Shown here in pieces: positions 1 through 11,949 of a DNA stretch of 64,000 nucleotides. The DNA is from Chara braunii. Its lineage: Eukaryota > Plantae > Charophyceae. The stretch lies in assembly GCA_003427395.1 (NCBI GenBank), contig BFEA01000004.1, positions 3,628,334 to 3,692,333 on the forward strand, in the 5' to 3' direction. Numbering within the stretch: position 1 is the first letter of the stretch; each line of letters begins with the position of its first letter. The notes below the pieces were generated by a model. That model saw only the letters and a program-made list of their open reading frames with translations. It did no database searches and was not told where the DNA came from. Made by a program: the position numbers and the translations under genes.

Positions 1-1354
1 GGGGTGCTTCCGACCGAATTCCCCAATTGTCGGCATAATAAGAGCTTATAAGTGCTCACGAGACGTGTGCTCAGCCTGTGGGAAACGGCAGCTTTGCTCT
101 GCTGAAGTTGTCGGCGGTCGCCAAGGTTGAGTTCTCTCCGGTTCGGACCTTCACCCATTGGTGAAGGAGATGGGCGCCAGGCGCTCCTCGAGTTCTAGTT
201 GCATGGTAGTCTTGACGGTTCAGAAATTAATTATGGTGTGAGCTTCTGAGAGAATGGAGATTGTGTAGTCCGATGTTTCTACGTTGCTGCTGCTGCATGC
301 GGCGGAAGATATGCCTGCTGTCTCGACTAAACCAAGGAAATCACTGCTTGTACCGGTTGTGCATATCTAAATTTCGTCGTCATTTCATGCCGAGCAATGT
401 CTTTCGTGCCGGTGCAGCAGGACTTCTCCTATGTGGTTTGCGACTCTGGGACGAGAGCTTCATCTTCGAGGCCTGTGTTCAGGATGCTGCGGCCATCGGG
501 AGAATTACGACGGTGGCAGTGTAGCATGCGGGCGATGATGTGATGGTGAGGATGACGGCGAAGCTCGCAATGACGATGATGGCGATACCGAGGGTGACGA
601 TTTGAGGTGCAGTTGTGATTGTTGTCCAACGGATAGTAGTCCCAATGGGATTTCTTGCTGGCATGGGACCACCACTGGTCGTGCCGAAATAAAAGCTGAG
701 CTCATTTATCGAGTGGGGGGTGAAGTCTGCGGCTGCGGAGAGAGGGGAGCGGGGCAACCTTCCAGAAGCAGAGCGTAGACGCTGTGGGGCCAAGAACAAT
801 CATTTGCGATTTGTGAAGAATGGGGAAGAGCAGAAAATTCGCAGGGGTGGAAAATGACAGGGGAAGAACGAGGTTGGCCGGCGGAGAGAGAGGGAAGATA
901 AAGAGAGGAGGGAGAAGCAAAAGGGTGCTAGGTGCGAGCGGTCTGTGCAGCAGCTGAGAATATCACTCTGTGCGACCGTCCGTCGAGGAAAATGTCGTCT
1001 TCACAGACTCTTCAGTAGTTTACTGAAACGCAGTCGCTCCTCACCTGTGGTGGAACTTGCGTGAAATGGATTTGACTGAGCTGAGGGCCTTTGCAGCATA
1101 GCAGGCAGTGCCCAGGAAGAAACATTCTTTCATTGTCTTGCAGGTAGAAGATGTGAAAAGGAGCATTTTCGCTACATCCCGTGACTCCTGAACAACTGGC
1201 ACCATGCTTTTCTCATCAAATCTTGGTTGCGTTGTATAATAATGTAGGTCGCACTTACTTTATTAGTCGTTGCTGTTCTTGTGTGAAGTTATTGTCGTCA
1301 TCCTCCTTCGTCGGTGTGAACCAATCGACAGGTTGAAGCAATTACTTGGTGGGA

Positions 1355-1880
1355 ATGTAGGAGCAGTAGTCCAGGAGCCTCAGGAGCCTGTCAGTTAAGG
1401 GGGGCGGGGGGCAGTTGAGCGCCAAGGTGAAAAGAAATCTGCCTGAGGTAGGTACGCTATTTTCTTGGGAGTCGGATCGCTTCGCTTCGCCTCACCTCTT
1501 TTTGAGTCCGGCATGGACTCATGCGCAATGTCGGAGCAGTAGTCCAGGAGCCTCAGGAGCCTGTCAATTAAGGGGGTGGGGGCTGTTGGGGCCGAAACTG
1601 AAAAGAAATCTGCCTGAGGTACACTATTTTCTTGGGATTCAGATCGCTTCATCTCACCTCTTCTCGCGTCTGGCATGGACTTGTGTGCAATGTGGCAGCA
1701 GTCCAGGAGCCTCAGGAGCCAACGGGCCTCGAACCCTCAACCTCAGGCTCGTCGATTAAGGTGCCAGTTTTTTTTTTGCAAAAGCGAAAAGAAATCTGCT
1801 TGAGGTAGGTATATGCTATTTTCATGGGAGTTAGATCGCTTCGCTTCACCTCACCTCTTGTTAACTCTCTGGCATGACCT
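1355..1880. repeat. Diverged tandem repeat, ~170-bp unit, 3 copies
   Basis: (GAGCAGT)AGTCCAGGAGCCTCAGGAGCC recurs near 1362, 1535 and 1697. AAAAGAAATCTGC(C/T)TGAGGTA...GATCGCTTC...TCACCTC recurs near 1430, 1601 and 1787. Confidence 0.85.
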
Positions 1881-4255
1881 CATGAGGCGAAGGCACTGTG
1901 CGATGTCTGTTGCCGAGATTGGATTGGCTATCATGCAGGACAGGGGGCTATATAGAGGGTTGTTGGGCAAGGGGGAGAGAACAACGAAGCAGTGGAATGC
2001 TTCATGTGTCTGGGTTGTTGAGATCATTACTGCAGGGAATTTTCGTTATGATACGTCATCACCTTTCTTCTCTGCGCTGTGCATTCACTGGTCCGTTCCT
2101 TTTCAGAAAAGGCGAAGCAGAGATCCTGCACCAAAAAACTCCCATCATCGTCTCCAGCCAGGGCGCATGCCCCTTTGGCACTGACCAACAGGATTCGGAC
2201 TGAAGTATAGGGGTCCGATTCGTGGCAAGTCGTTAGGGGTAAGCAGCCGTAAGCTGACTTTTATCTCCGCATTACTCCCATCGCTCCTCACTATGCTCTG
2301 CTAAGACGATACCGGAAGTTGAAGTGATTAATGATTTGATCTCTGCTGTGTCACTATTGACTTGGTTAGGTTGCATTGTGCAGAGTCTGAGCGGCTGATG
2401 AATGAGCAACCGCGTGTGAGAGGCTGAATGACCAAGCGCGGGTGTGCAGGGTTAAGCCACACACAGGGCAGGACAGGCAGTGGGGGGCCGCTTACCCTGA
2501 GCGGAGAGGGATGACGTCTTTATTTTTGCACGCCGGCTCGGCAGTCCGTATGCAAGGTTATGTGCTTCCCTTTGCTCATGTTTCTGTGCTGCTCCCCCTC
2601 TATTCAATTTTATTTCCTCGCAAATCTATTACTATTATGAGAATTGCAGCCTGCGCTCTAGCATCCCTTTGCGTGGGAGATGCGAAAGATCGCACCTTTG
2701 GGCGCACACTTCTCTGTGAGCGTAGCATGGCTTTCTCCTCCATGTTCTGCAGACTGAGCTCTGCCCCAACCTTCCCATTCGTTTGTGGAACATGCATGTT
2801 ATGATGCATCCCCCCTGCCCCTTAACTGCTTTGCAGTTGCGAGATAACCCCTGCTATTGCTCACAGAGGTTTTTCGACCCACCAATGTCTTGGTGGGTGC
2901 CTGGGGCCAAGTGTATAGCTGCGGTGCATGGGGAGAAGAAGTGGCTATGGAGCGGTGTGGGACGTGAAGGAAAGATGGCGGAGGGAGATGGCAGAGATGA
3001 GCGCAGAGGGAGATGACGGAGAGAGATGAGGGTGGACGTGTAGCAGAACTTGACAGAGGGTAAGAGGTGGTTACAGAAATGGAGGATGTTAGTTAAGGTC
3101 AGGAATCTGGGCCAGGAGTTTGAATATTATATATGCAGCTATACTTTGTCCTCTTGCGCTTCCCCCCAGCTTTTCCCCCTCTCCCGTCACCAGCGCCTTT
3201 CACTGCTCGCGTGTCCTCTGCTATCCCCTGGTATCGAATGGAATACTCAAAACTTGCTCTTTTTTTCCTTCCTTTGCTAGACCGAACCTGAACTTCCTCG
3301 TCGCGTGCTTCCGCTCCAATTGGGGACTCTTTAATTTGAGATAGCAGTGATGTCGGTTTCAGGTCAAATCTTTTACTGTTCATTTTAGGTCCTCGTACCC
3401 CCAGAGCATGAAATGGAATTTAATGGATACTTTTTTAAATGCATGCCTCCCTCCCTGCCTGCCTGTCTGCATGCATGCATGTGTGGAGAGCGAAATCAGT
3501 GCAAAATCTCCTGAACTGCGTCTTAGTTTTCGGTGGCTGGCTCCGGTGGAGCAGCGTTGTTGTCAGTGTTTTTTTTCTGTATGTGCCTGAGTTTTTGACC
3601 AGGTTCTTTTACTGAAAAAGTAGGCTTGAAGACAATAAGTCGTCAATCGCAGCAGCCTTGTGGTTCTTGTTCGTCGTCGGGAAGAGCGTCGTTTTAAGTG
3701 GATAGAACTGAAAAAGAACAATACATTTCCCTGTTATTACTATCTAATTAAGAAGAGGGCATACTTATACCAGGACTTTTTGTAAACTCGCTTTGGGACG
3801 TAATCACGGCCAGATACGTCTGCGCCCAGCTGTATGTGCAGTCAGGTACATCTATGAAAGCCCTTGTGCGAGTACGCGCTGAGAGTGATGTGCCGATCAG
3901 TGATTACCACTTCATTTGTTTTCTGATGATGACTTGTTCGCGCAGTGCCTTGGATCCATTCGTCTTTCTGCCAGACAATAAACAACTAACCATCTGGTGG
4001 GCTGCTTCCAAGCGTATGGGCGTTGGGATAGCGTACATATATATATAAAATATTATATGTATATGATGCAGCCTTGTATGCCTGATGATACAATTTGATG
4101 TGTGGCACTCCTGTGTATGGAAGAGAAATGCGATATTGATGGTGGTGCTATTATGGTTTGCTGGTTTGTCGAAAAAAAGAAAAAAAAAAAAACATTTGCG
4201 CAGGGGCCGCGCAATCCTTCTGCGTATTGTTCCAATTTTTACAGATGTCCTGAAA

Positions 4256-4305
<50 letters not shown>

Positions 4306-5803
4306 GGTTTGATTATTCGATACCAGTTTGCTTTGTTTGATATCATGATGCTGTTTTCTGAAAATAATATCAGCTGCCTAGGTGCGCACTTTCATACATG
4401 CCTGTCACTGTACAGTTGTGTACGACAGAGTAGCAGTCCACAAGTTCTCTACTGGTGCACCTCTGCGCGGAAGAGCACTTGGCGTCGAGTTCTGTGTCAG
4501 CGCAGCTGTATACGGAAGGGCAATGTTCCTCCGGTTCTTCGATGAGCACCTGTGTGCAAGAGCACGGGTCGTCGAGTCTTTTTCCGAGGGTGCCCCTTTG
4601 GTAACATTTCTGCTAAGGTTTTCCTCAATCTAGCTGCCAAACTCCGCCGGAGTGCATAAACCATACTATGGTGGTTAACAGTGGTTAATTTTGTGCCTTT
4701 CTAAGATTTGGCCTTAACCATGGTGATTTTTCTTGACTTCCCTTGTGCATTGGCCGGTCCAACCGGGAGGCTCCCGGTTGGGGAAGGGGTCCCGGGTCGG
4801 AACGGGGACCAACATTGCTTGAGGCAAAGCTTGTGCCTTGCAGATTATCTGGTCGGTGGAGGGGTCCCCGGTCGGACCCGGGAAGTTCCCCCAATGAAGC
4901 TTTAAGTGCTCCACAGTCCAGACCATGGCGGTTAGCCATGGTGAAGATGGTTAACTATGGTGAATTTCAGTTTCATGCTCCAATGATTCTGGTTGCGGTT
5001 TTGCAAAGAGCAGTCTGTCCCATTTACTGTTTCCACAACTTTCCAGTGTGCAAGGTCCCCAGCAGATTATCTGCTTTGCCATTTGGTCATTATAACTCAT
5101 ATCTGGGGCAATTTTCAGTCCAGATGCAGCGAAGACCAACCTGTTACGATCCTGGTCACTCCCAAAGTGCAAATTCACAATGAAAGACGATGCCACCCAA
5201 TTGCAAAAGAAATGAAAGCACTTGCAAAGAGATAGAGACCAAAGAAGAGAGAAAGAAGAAGAAGAAAAAGAAGAAGAAGAAGATGTACACCAGGAAGACC
5301 AATGACAAATCCCCCTTCTCTCTCCACCTTCCTCCTCCTTCACTTCGCCAATCTTATTCTTCTTTCGATAATAATAATAACAATGAGTGGATGAACCAGA
5401 ATCAATATCCGAAGTTCCCTCTTAGTGATGACACAACAACAACAACAGCAGGTCCACCATAGCTATGGCTTCCCCCCCTTCTTCCACTTCTCACAAGCCT
5501 AGGCTATGGCGGGCAAACTGAGGGCTCTGCCCCTCTCTGTGCAAAGGACAACACAAAGCAGCTATGGCGCTGCACTCCTGTCCAAAGGACAATGCGAAGC
5601 AGCTATGCTGCTGCTGACTAAGCCGCTACCCCGATTGGGGCCTTCCAGATGCAGCGCCCAACAAGGTGATGAAGATGGTGTCCACCATAGCCAGGTAGGT
5701 ACGTCGCCACTCTTCTCCTTCGCCCCCTTCTTCGTCCTCCTCAGGCTGGGCTGCTCGCCATAGCCAGGCTGAGCGACCGCTGCCCTTCATCTCCCGGCAG
5801 CGC

Positions 5804-6477
5804 TGTACAAGTCCAGCGCTTGGCTCAGCAGCATGTCGCCAATCCTTGCATACCGCGAATGAGGAGGAGCTACTTGCTCCTCCGGAAGATATAGCGGCCT
5901 ACTGACCTCTTGGGCGGTGACTTCCTAGGCCGAGCGGCCTCCCAGCAACCAGTACCTCCTCCCTTTCGGAGGGAAACATCATTGCAGGCTCTGCTATCGT
6001 CCGGACAGGCCCTAGACCCGGGCTACTTGGACTGGGACCGGCCTCCCTCTAACCTACCGCTACCGGGCCTTTAAAAATGCAAGCTTTTTGTCTTCTTTTG
6101 CTCGGCCTCCAATACCCGACACTTCTACCACTACTTGAGTGGTACCAGCCTACCTGCTACTTGAGTGTTTTTCCCGCTGCTCTAAATGTTGCGGACCTAC
6201 CCTTGCTACTTGAGTGTTTTCCCTGCTGCAACCCTCAAAGTCACGGCCACAGGTGAGTACCGGCCCTGCGGGGCCCTTCAACCAACAAGTACCCTTACGG
6301 GTCACACACACACTCAACCGACAATCACTTAGACAAGCACGCAACTCAGCAGGCACGCACACACACACAAACTTGGAAACCACAGCAGAACGCGGGAATC
6401 TCAGCAAGGCATTCATTCCGGTGGCAAATCCCAGAAATCATTAGTGTTCTCAGTCTGTGTTTTGGCGGGTCATTGCA
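5804..6477 (-). repeat. Probable 3' LTR of the minus-strand Gypsy element (left boundary uncertain)
   Basis: On minus, a polypurine tract (GAGAGGGGGGTAG, complement of 6478-6490) is followed directly by TGCAATG at 6477. TGTACA at 5804 is only a candidate far end. Confidence 0.45.
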
Positions 6478-6518
6478 CTACCCCCCTCTCAAGAGCGAGG
6501 TCCCTTCGAGCGAGTAAC

Positions 6519-7019
6519 TCATTCAGAGTCGGCATAAAATGCATCGTAGGCACATATCAGAAAGAGAGATTTAGTAAGACCGTGAGGAGTGCGTTTTGCA
6601 GGAAACTTAACAGTCTGTCCATCAGCGATTTGTCGTTCATAAGTGTTAACAACACGTGGAGAATTCTTTAGCAGCTCTTTTCGGTCGATCCAGAAAAACT
6701 CGTTCAATGGGTGATAGAGGAAGTGAACCTTGTACTGTCTGTTCCTCCCTCTTCCTTCAATTTTGTCTATGTCATGGCCGCCGTCAATAGGACGAGGGAT
6801 CATAGGATCTCGGAAGGGAAAAGTTTCGTCATCGATGTGTGGAAACAGTTTGGACACGTGAAAGATCGGATATGTGCGCAGATGAGGAGGCGCGTCAATC
6901 ACATATGAAGGACCAAAATCATCCCCAATTACCTTCAGAACCTGCCAAGGGCCATAGTACAATGGAAGAAGCTTTCGTGATACGCCCTCTTCGTCAGAAA
7001 AACATTTTGACACAAACAT
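6519..7019 (-). pseudogene. Integrase C-terminus (GPY/F-type motif) and chromodomain fragment
   Basis: KLLPLYYGPWQVLKVIG...PIFHVSKL, then IDKIEGRGRNRQYKVHFLYHPLNEFFWI. Confidence 0.85.
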
Positions 7020-7057
7020 AACTTCCTACTTCGAAGTTTCTTTCTTTGTGCAACTTG

Positions 7058-7728
7058 TTAGCATGTTTGATTATGGTATGCTGACGCTTGTTCATTGCTG
7101 CGATAGCAGCTTTGAGCAGGTGTGCATACTTGGCATTGTAGCCAGGCATGCCGGGTGTCAGACCAGGGGACAGTTCGGGGAACAAATAGGAGAGGATTGC
7201 GCAACTGCCAGCCATATTGCAGCTGATTCGGTGTCACGCCTGTTGCAGAGTGACTGGAGTTGTTGTATAACCCCTTCACTTTGTGTAACTCCTTGTCCCA
7301 CGTGTTCTGATTTGGAAAAATTAACGCCAGCAGTAATTGAATGACAGTCTGGTTGATTTGCTCAGCCAATCCATTGGCTTTGGGGTGTCGACCAGAAGTT
7401 TTGTTGAGTTTAATGTCATAGATCTGCGAAGTGAAGTCCTTCCAATCAGCACTAATGAACCTGGTCACTCACAAGAGTTTTCGGGGGTCCATACTGCAGA
7501 ATGTACTGCTGGTGAAATTCTTCGATCATAGGCTCAGTTGCTGCATGAGGAGGTAGAGGAATCAAATTCAGAACTTTGGAAAAACGATCCACAATGACCA
7601 CGACTTGTGAATGTCCTCCCTCCCTCATCTTCCCCATGTCCTTGAAATCGATAGAGACGAACTCACCGGGCCCATTAGGGATTGGGAGGGGTTTCAGCAG
7701 ACCATAAAGCGTATGCCTATGGACCTTG
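7058..7728 (-). pseudogene. Integrase catalytic core fragments
   Basis: GLLKPLPIP..FVSIDF..VVIVDRFSK..YGPPKTLVSDQ; TSGRHPKANGLAEQINQTV; YNNSSHSATGVTP. Confidence 0.92.
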
Positions 7729-7877
7729 TTTTTTTTTTTTTTTTTTTTTTTTTTTTGAAAATGCACCAGTCAGTGCTAGCAGTGCTGGTACGAGAAGACA
7801 CCGCTAGCACCCGGGGAGGGCTCCATCTATTGGTGGGAGCAACACCTGCTGGAAACCGGGTCAAGCTTCCCTTACAT
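7729..7877 (-). mobile_element. Short poly(A)-tailed retroposon (LINE/SINE 3' module) inserted into the Gypsy integrase
   Basis: T-run at 7729-7756. The conserved head CTATTGGTGGGAGC..CACCTGCTGGAAACCGGG is shared with copies at 35.3, 39.0, 40.2 and 62.4 kb. It interrupts the integrase zinc-finger region. Confidence 0.8.
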
Positions 7878-7891
7878 AGACAAAATTTCAT

Positions 7892-9540
7892 TCACACCAG
7901 ACCTTCGTTAGAAGAGTGTGACCCGATCCTGCCAGCATCGATTAGCCTGACAAACTTGAGATTCAACAATAATTTTTTTTGCAGATCCCTATCCAACTGT
8001 TGCAAAAGACTTCTACAAGTCTTTTCAAAGTCGAAGTGTCGACTCCGACGATATGCCAAAATCCAAGAAATGAGTCCGGAGAGACGCATTGGCAATGAGT
8101 TGGGTACACACAAACGATCAAACTTCCCATACTGGCGGAATAAAAGACCCTCACACGCGTGAAAATCAGGCTGGCTGCTAGGGTCAGCCTGATCAAGAAT
8201 GAGACTAAGGTTCAGATCCTTGGCAATGTGTTCGACCAGATCCTCCTTCAGTTTTTTTCGGAGGTCATATGAGTCCACATGGGAAGTTAAAAACTCACGA
8301 TGGCGCAACAAAGCATCAACAAAACGGTTATAACAACCTTTCGTGTGTTTCAGTTCAAAATTGTAAACATCAATGTCATGCAACCAGCGGGTCAGCGTTG
8401 GAGAGAGATTCGTTTGTGTTTTAATCCACTGCAAGGTTTGATGATCTAAGTAGATCTTTAAGTGATGACCCAAGAGGTAGTGCTTCCAATGTGTGAGCGG
8501 TTCGCGCAAGGCATAGAGCTCTCACATATACGTGGAGGTAGCTACCTTGTGCCTGGGCATGCGTTTGCTGTAATACTCAAGCGGACACAGACCATCGTCA
8601 TCATTTTGTTGCAGCACTGCACCAATCCCATACTGGCTCGCGTACGTAGTGACTACTAACGTGAGGTTGGGATCCGCAATGCAGAGCACAAGATGACTTA
8701 CCAAAGCCTCTTTCAAGGCTCTTGGAACACAGTCTCGTTTCCCACACCGCGCATAGGCAACGTTTTTGCTTGTTAGTCTCGAGAGTGGGTGAGCAATGCC
8801 ATAAAATTTGGTTACAAATTTTCGGTAATACGAAGCCAAACCAAGGAAAAAACACAATTCGCGCACGTTCGTCGGTTGAGGTCACTTTCGTATGACCTCA
8901 ACCTTGGTTGTCTCCGACTCATGGCCATTTGCAGACAACCGGTGCCCGAGATAAATGGCTTTGTACCTTTTAAACTCAGATATCTCTAAGTTGAGGTGAA
9001 GCTGTGCCTCCTTGAGGACTTGCAAAACCTCCTCAAGATGCTTAACATGCTCTTTCATGGACTTGCTAAAAATTAGGATGTCATAGAAGTAAACAACAAC
9101 AAACCTATTAAGCTGATGGCGGAGGACCTTGTCCATGAGGCACTGAAATGTGGCTGGTGCATTCATAAGACCGAAGGGCATAACGATGAATTCGTACATC
9201 CCATCGTATGTTTTGAATGCAGTTTTGTGCTAGTCGCTCGGATCAACTTCAATCTGGTGGTTGCCATATTTGAGGTCGATCTTGGAGAAGACTTTGCACC
9301 TACCTGCCGTATTTAGCAGATCGTCTATGCGAGGCAAAGGATAAACATTATTTCTGGTGATCCAATTTAGGCCACAATAGTCAATACACATCCGGAGTTT
9401 GCTTCCTTTCTTCGGCACAAACAAGACAGGTGCACCGAACTCAGACTCACTAGGCCTAACCCATCCACGATCAATTATATCGTCAAGTTGTCTCCTCAAT
9501 TTCTCCAACTCGCCTTGTCCCATACTATAGACGTAGTCCT
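7892..9540 (-). pseudogene. Reverse transcriptase and RNase H fragments (Gypsy pol)
   Basis: SEFGAPVLFVPKKGSKLRMCIDY, YPLPRIDDLL, FSKIDL, YEFIVMPFGLMNAPATFQ, VYFYDILIFS, FLGLASYYRKFV, YASQYGIGAVLQQ, WKHYLLG. Confidence 0.95.
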
Positions 9541-9949
9541 TGTGTTTGACCGGACGCTCGGAAACTCCACGAGGTTTAGCCCGACCTTCAGGAAATCGAT
9601 CTAATAGACGGCGAATGTTTGTTGGGACTTCCGGTGGAGGACCATCCTCAGCAGGAGAAAGAAACTCATATTGAGAATTTACAACAATTACAACCAAATT
9701 CGAAGTACTTGGATCAGAAGTAGAATGATTTTTTATAGTAGAAGTAGATGGAACAGAAGTAGAATTACTTTTCGAGGTAGAAAATTCATCAAAAGTAAAA
9801 GGCACATGGAGAGGCTTTACAAGAGCTACATGCACATGCTAAACTCCCTTGCGTCTGCGCACTGATTTGCGGAATTGTTTGCACTCAAAAGAGTTACAGG
9901 GGACTCGCTCGTCTCGTCCAAGAGAACGGTACGCTCATTCCCCTTGGCA

Positions 9950-10267
9950 TCACGCTCCATGAACTAAGTATCTGCCCAACCAGCCCAAGCCAATGATCGC
10001 GTCGAAAGGACACTTGTCCATGATGTAGAAGTTCAGCTCATGTGTGGCTGTGCGATTCTTGTCAAAGGTGATGACAACATGTGTTGAGGTGACAACTTGT
10101 TGGTTGCCTACCCGGGTCTGACAAGGGTTCTGCAATTCCACTTGCTTCATTCCCAGGTCCGCATTACGAATCTCGTTAGGAGAAAAGAAGTTAGTCATTG
10201 AGCCACTATCAATCAGCACGCGGATGTATCGGTGGTTAATGAGCAACTTAAAGAAGGTCAGTTCCAC
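9950..10267 (-). pseudogene. Retroviral-type aspartic protease fragment
   Basis: VLIDSGSMTNF active-site motif and FDAIIGLGWL. Confidence 0.9.
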
Positions 10268-10503
10268 ACTCCCATGAACACGGTGTTGCTGCTTGAGTTA
10301 CAACCAATGTTCCAGGTGAGAGTGGAAGTCAACTTCCTTAGTCTTCTCCCAAGGCTCAATGTAAAGTACTTGCACTGCATCAGCTTTGGTTTTAGCATTT
10401 GTCCGGGCTTCAAGAGCAGGCTGTTGATCAGATTCAGGTTCCTTGGAGGGGCCTGCAACTGACTGTTCAACTCCCCTTGTTGTAGAGAGTGTTGATAACT
10501 CTT

Positions 10504-10692
10504 CTACGCCCTTTGCCTGTTTCCCTGCACAAGGTAACATTCCTGGACAGTGCGCCCAGGCTTCTGACAATGCAAGCACACTCGCAGTTTGGATCTTCTC
10601 TCCCATCCCTTTTGGCTAATGCGGAGGGTTTCCCAAGGCTTGATGGAAGCATCATCCGGCTTCTCAGGGATGCGTAACGATTGCCTGCTCAT
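10504..10692 (-). pseudogene. Gag zinc knuckle fragment
   Basis: CLHCQKPGRTVQEC, a degenerate CX2CX4HX4C. Confidence 0.75.
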
Positions 10693-10782
10693 AAGGTCGT
10701 GTCTCCCCAGATACAGTGAGTGTTTGTGCCACTGAAATCCTCATGTTTTTCGCTAGGGTAAAAAAAAAAACAAAATTGTAGC

Positions 10783-11485
10783 TAGTTTATTGGTAACTAA
10801 GTATTGTATTATAGAGCTTCGTAGCACCGTGTTCGCGTTCGGAGGAGAACGCGAACATGTTTGCCCGAACGCGAACAAGCGTTCAAAACCCTTCGAACGC
10901 AAACATGAAAAATATTCAACAAAAAAAAAAACATTCTCAAAAAATTCTGAAAATAATATACGTTATGTAAAATAATAAAACAAGCAACTTTTGTTTTGGA
11001 GTCATGTTCAAATTCTCAGCCAATCATGAGTTAAAAATCAAAAACCGAAAAAATATATATATATATTTTTTCCATACAAAAAAAAAAAATGTTCGCGACC
11101 TGTTCGTGCGAACGCGCGAACATGGAGGGGTGCGTGCGAACGTGCTCGCGTGCTCGCACGAACAGGTCGCGAACATATTTTTTTCTCGTAAGGAAAAAAA
11201 ATATATATATAGTTTTTTCGGTTTTTGATTTTTAACTCATGATTGGCTGAGAATTTGAACATGATTGCAAGGCAAAAGTTGCTTGTTTTATTATTTTACA
11301 TAACATATATGTTTTTCAGAATTTTTTGAGAACGTTTTTTTTTTTTTTTTTAATATTTTTTATGTTCGAGTTCGGAGGGTTTTGGACGCTTGTTCGCGTT
11401 CGGGCGAACATGTTCGCGTTCTCCTCCGAACGCGAACACGGTGCTACGAAGCTCTATACTACAATACTTAGTTACCAATAAACTA
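10783..11485. mobile_element. ~700-bp fold-back (palindromic) MITE-like element
   Basis: The left arm begins TAGTTTATTGGTAACTAAG at 10783 and the right arm is its reverse complement, ending at 11485. Near-identical ORFs (MFKFSANHELKIKNRKN) occur on both strands. The centre lies near 11124-11141. Confidence 0.92.
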
Positions 11486-11949
11486 TAGAGCATTGTATAG
11501 GGCCTATAGGCGACCACAAAACTCCCCTGCAGGGTATAAACTTTAAACAAAATTATATTTTCCAAGGTGAACTTCATAACGATTTTCTTTCACTCTCTTT
11601 TTAGGCGACTTCAGCAAGGCAGGTTCCTTTTTTTTGCTTTGTCAACCTTCTTTTCTACAACCTTCCTCATCGCCTTATTGGCTTCTGTGATAGGCTGGTT
11701 TATGTCCATAACAGCGTTCACCTCCAAACCTACATGGGAACTACTTGCCTTTACTCGAGCTTGAGGCTGCATTGTCAAGTAGGGAGTACCTTCAAGCATG
11801 TCCCTTCTCTTCGATTTCTCCACAAACTTTAAGTTAATATTGGATAGTTAGGGCTATTCTTCCTCAAATTGAACCCAATGGATACCTGAACTTGTCGTTG
11901 GTTCGGGTTTTTTGCCATGGACCCTCTTTCTTTCGACCATCTTATCAGT

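Larger units (their letters stand above)
6478..10740 (-). mobile_element. Degenerate Ty3/Gypsy chromovirus-type LTR retrotransposon, internal region
   Basis: Minus-strand domain order is gag zinc knuckle, protease, RT, RNase H, integrase, chromodomain. All are broken by stops and frameshifts. Confidence 0.95.

Noticed and set aside
5506-5763. ATG-initiated ORF with a donor-like CAG|GTAGGT
   Set aside because: No recognisable protein similarity. It lies in low-complexity, repeat-like sequence next to a probable LTR.
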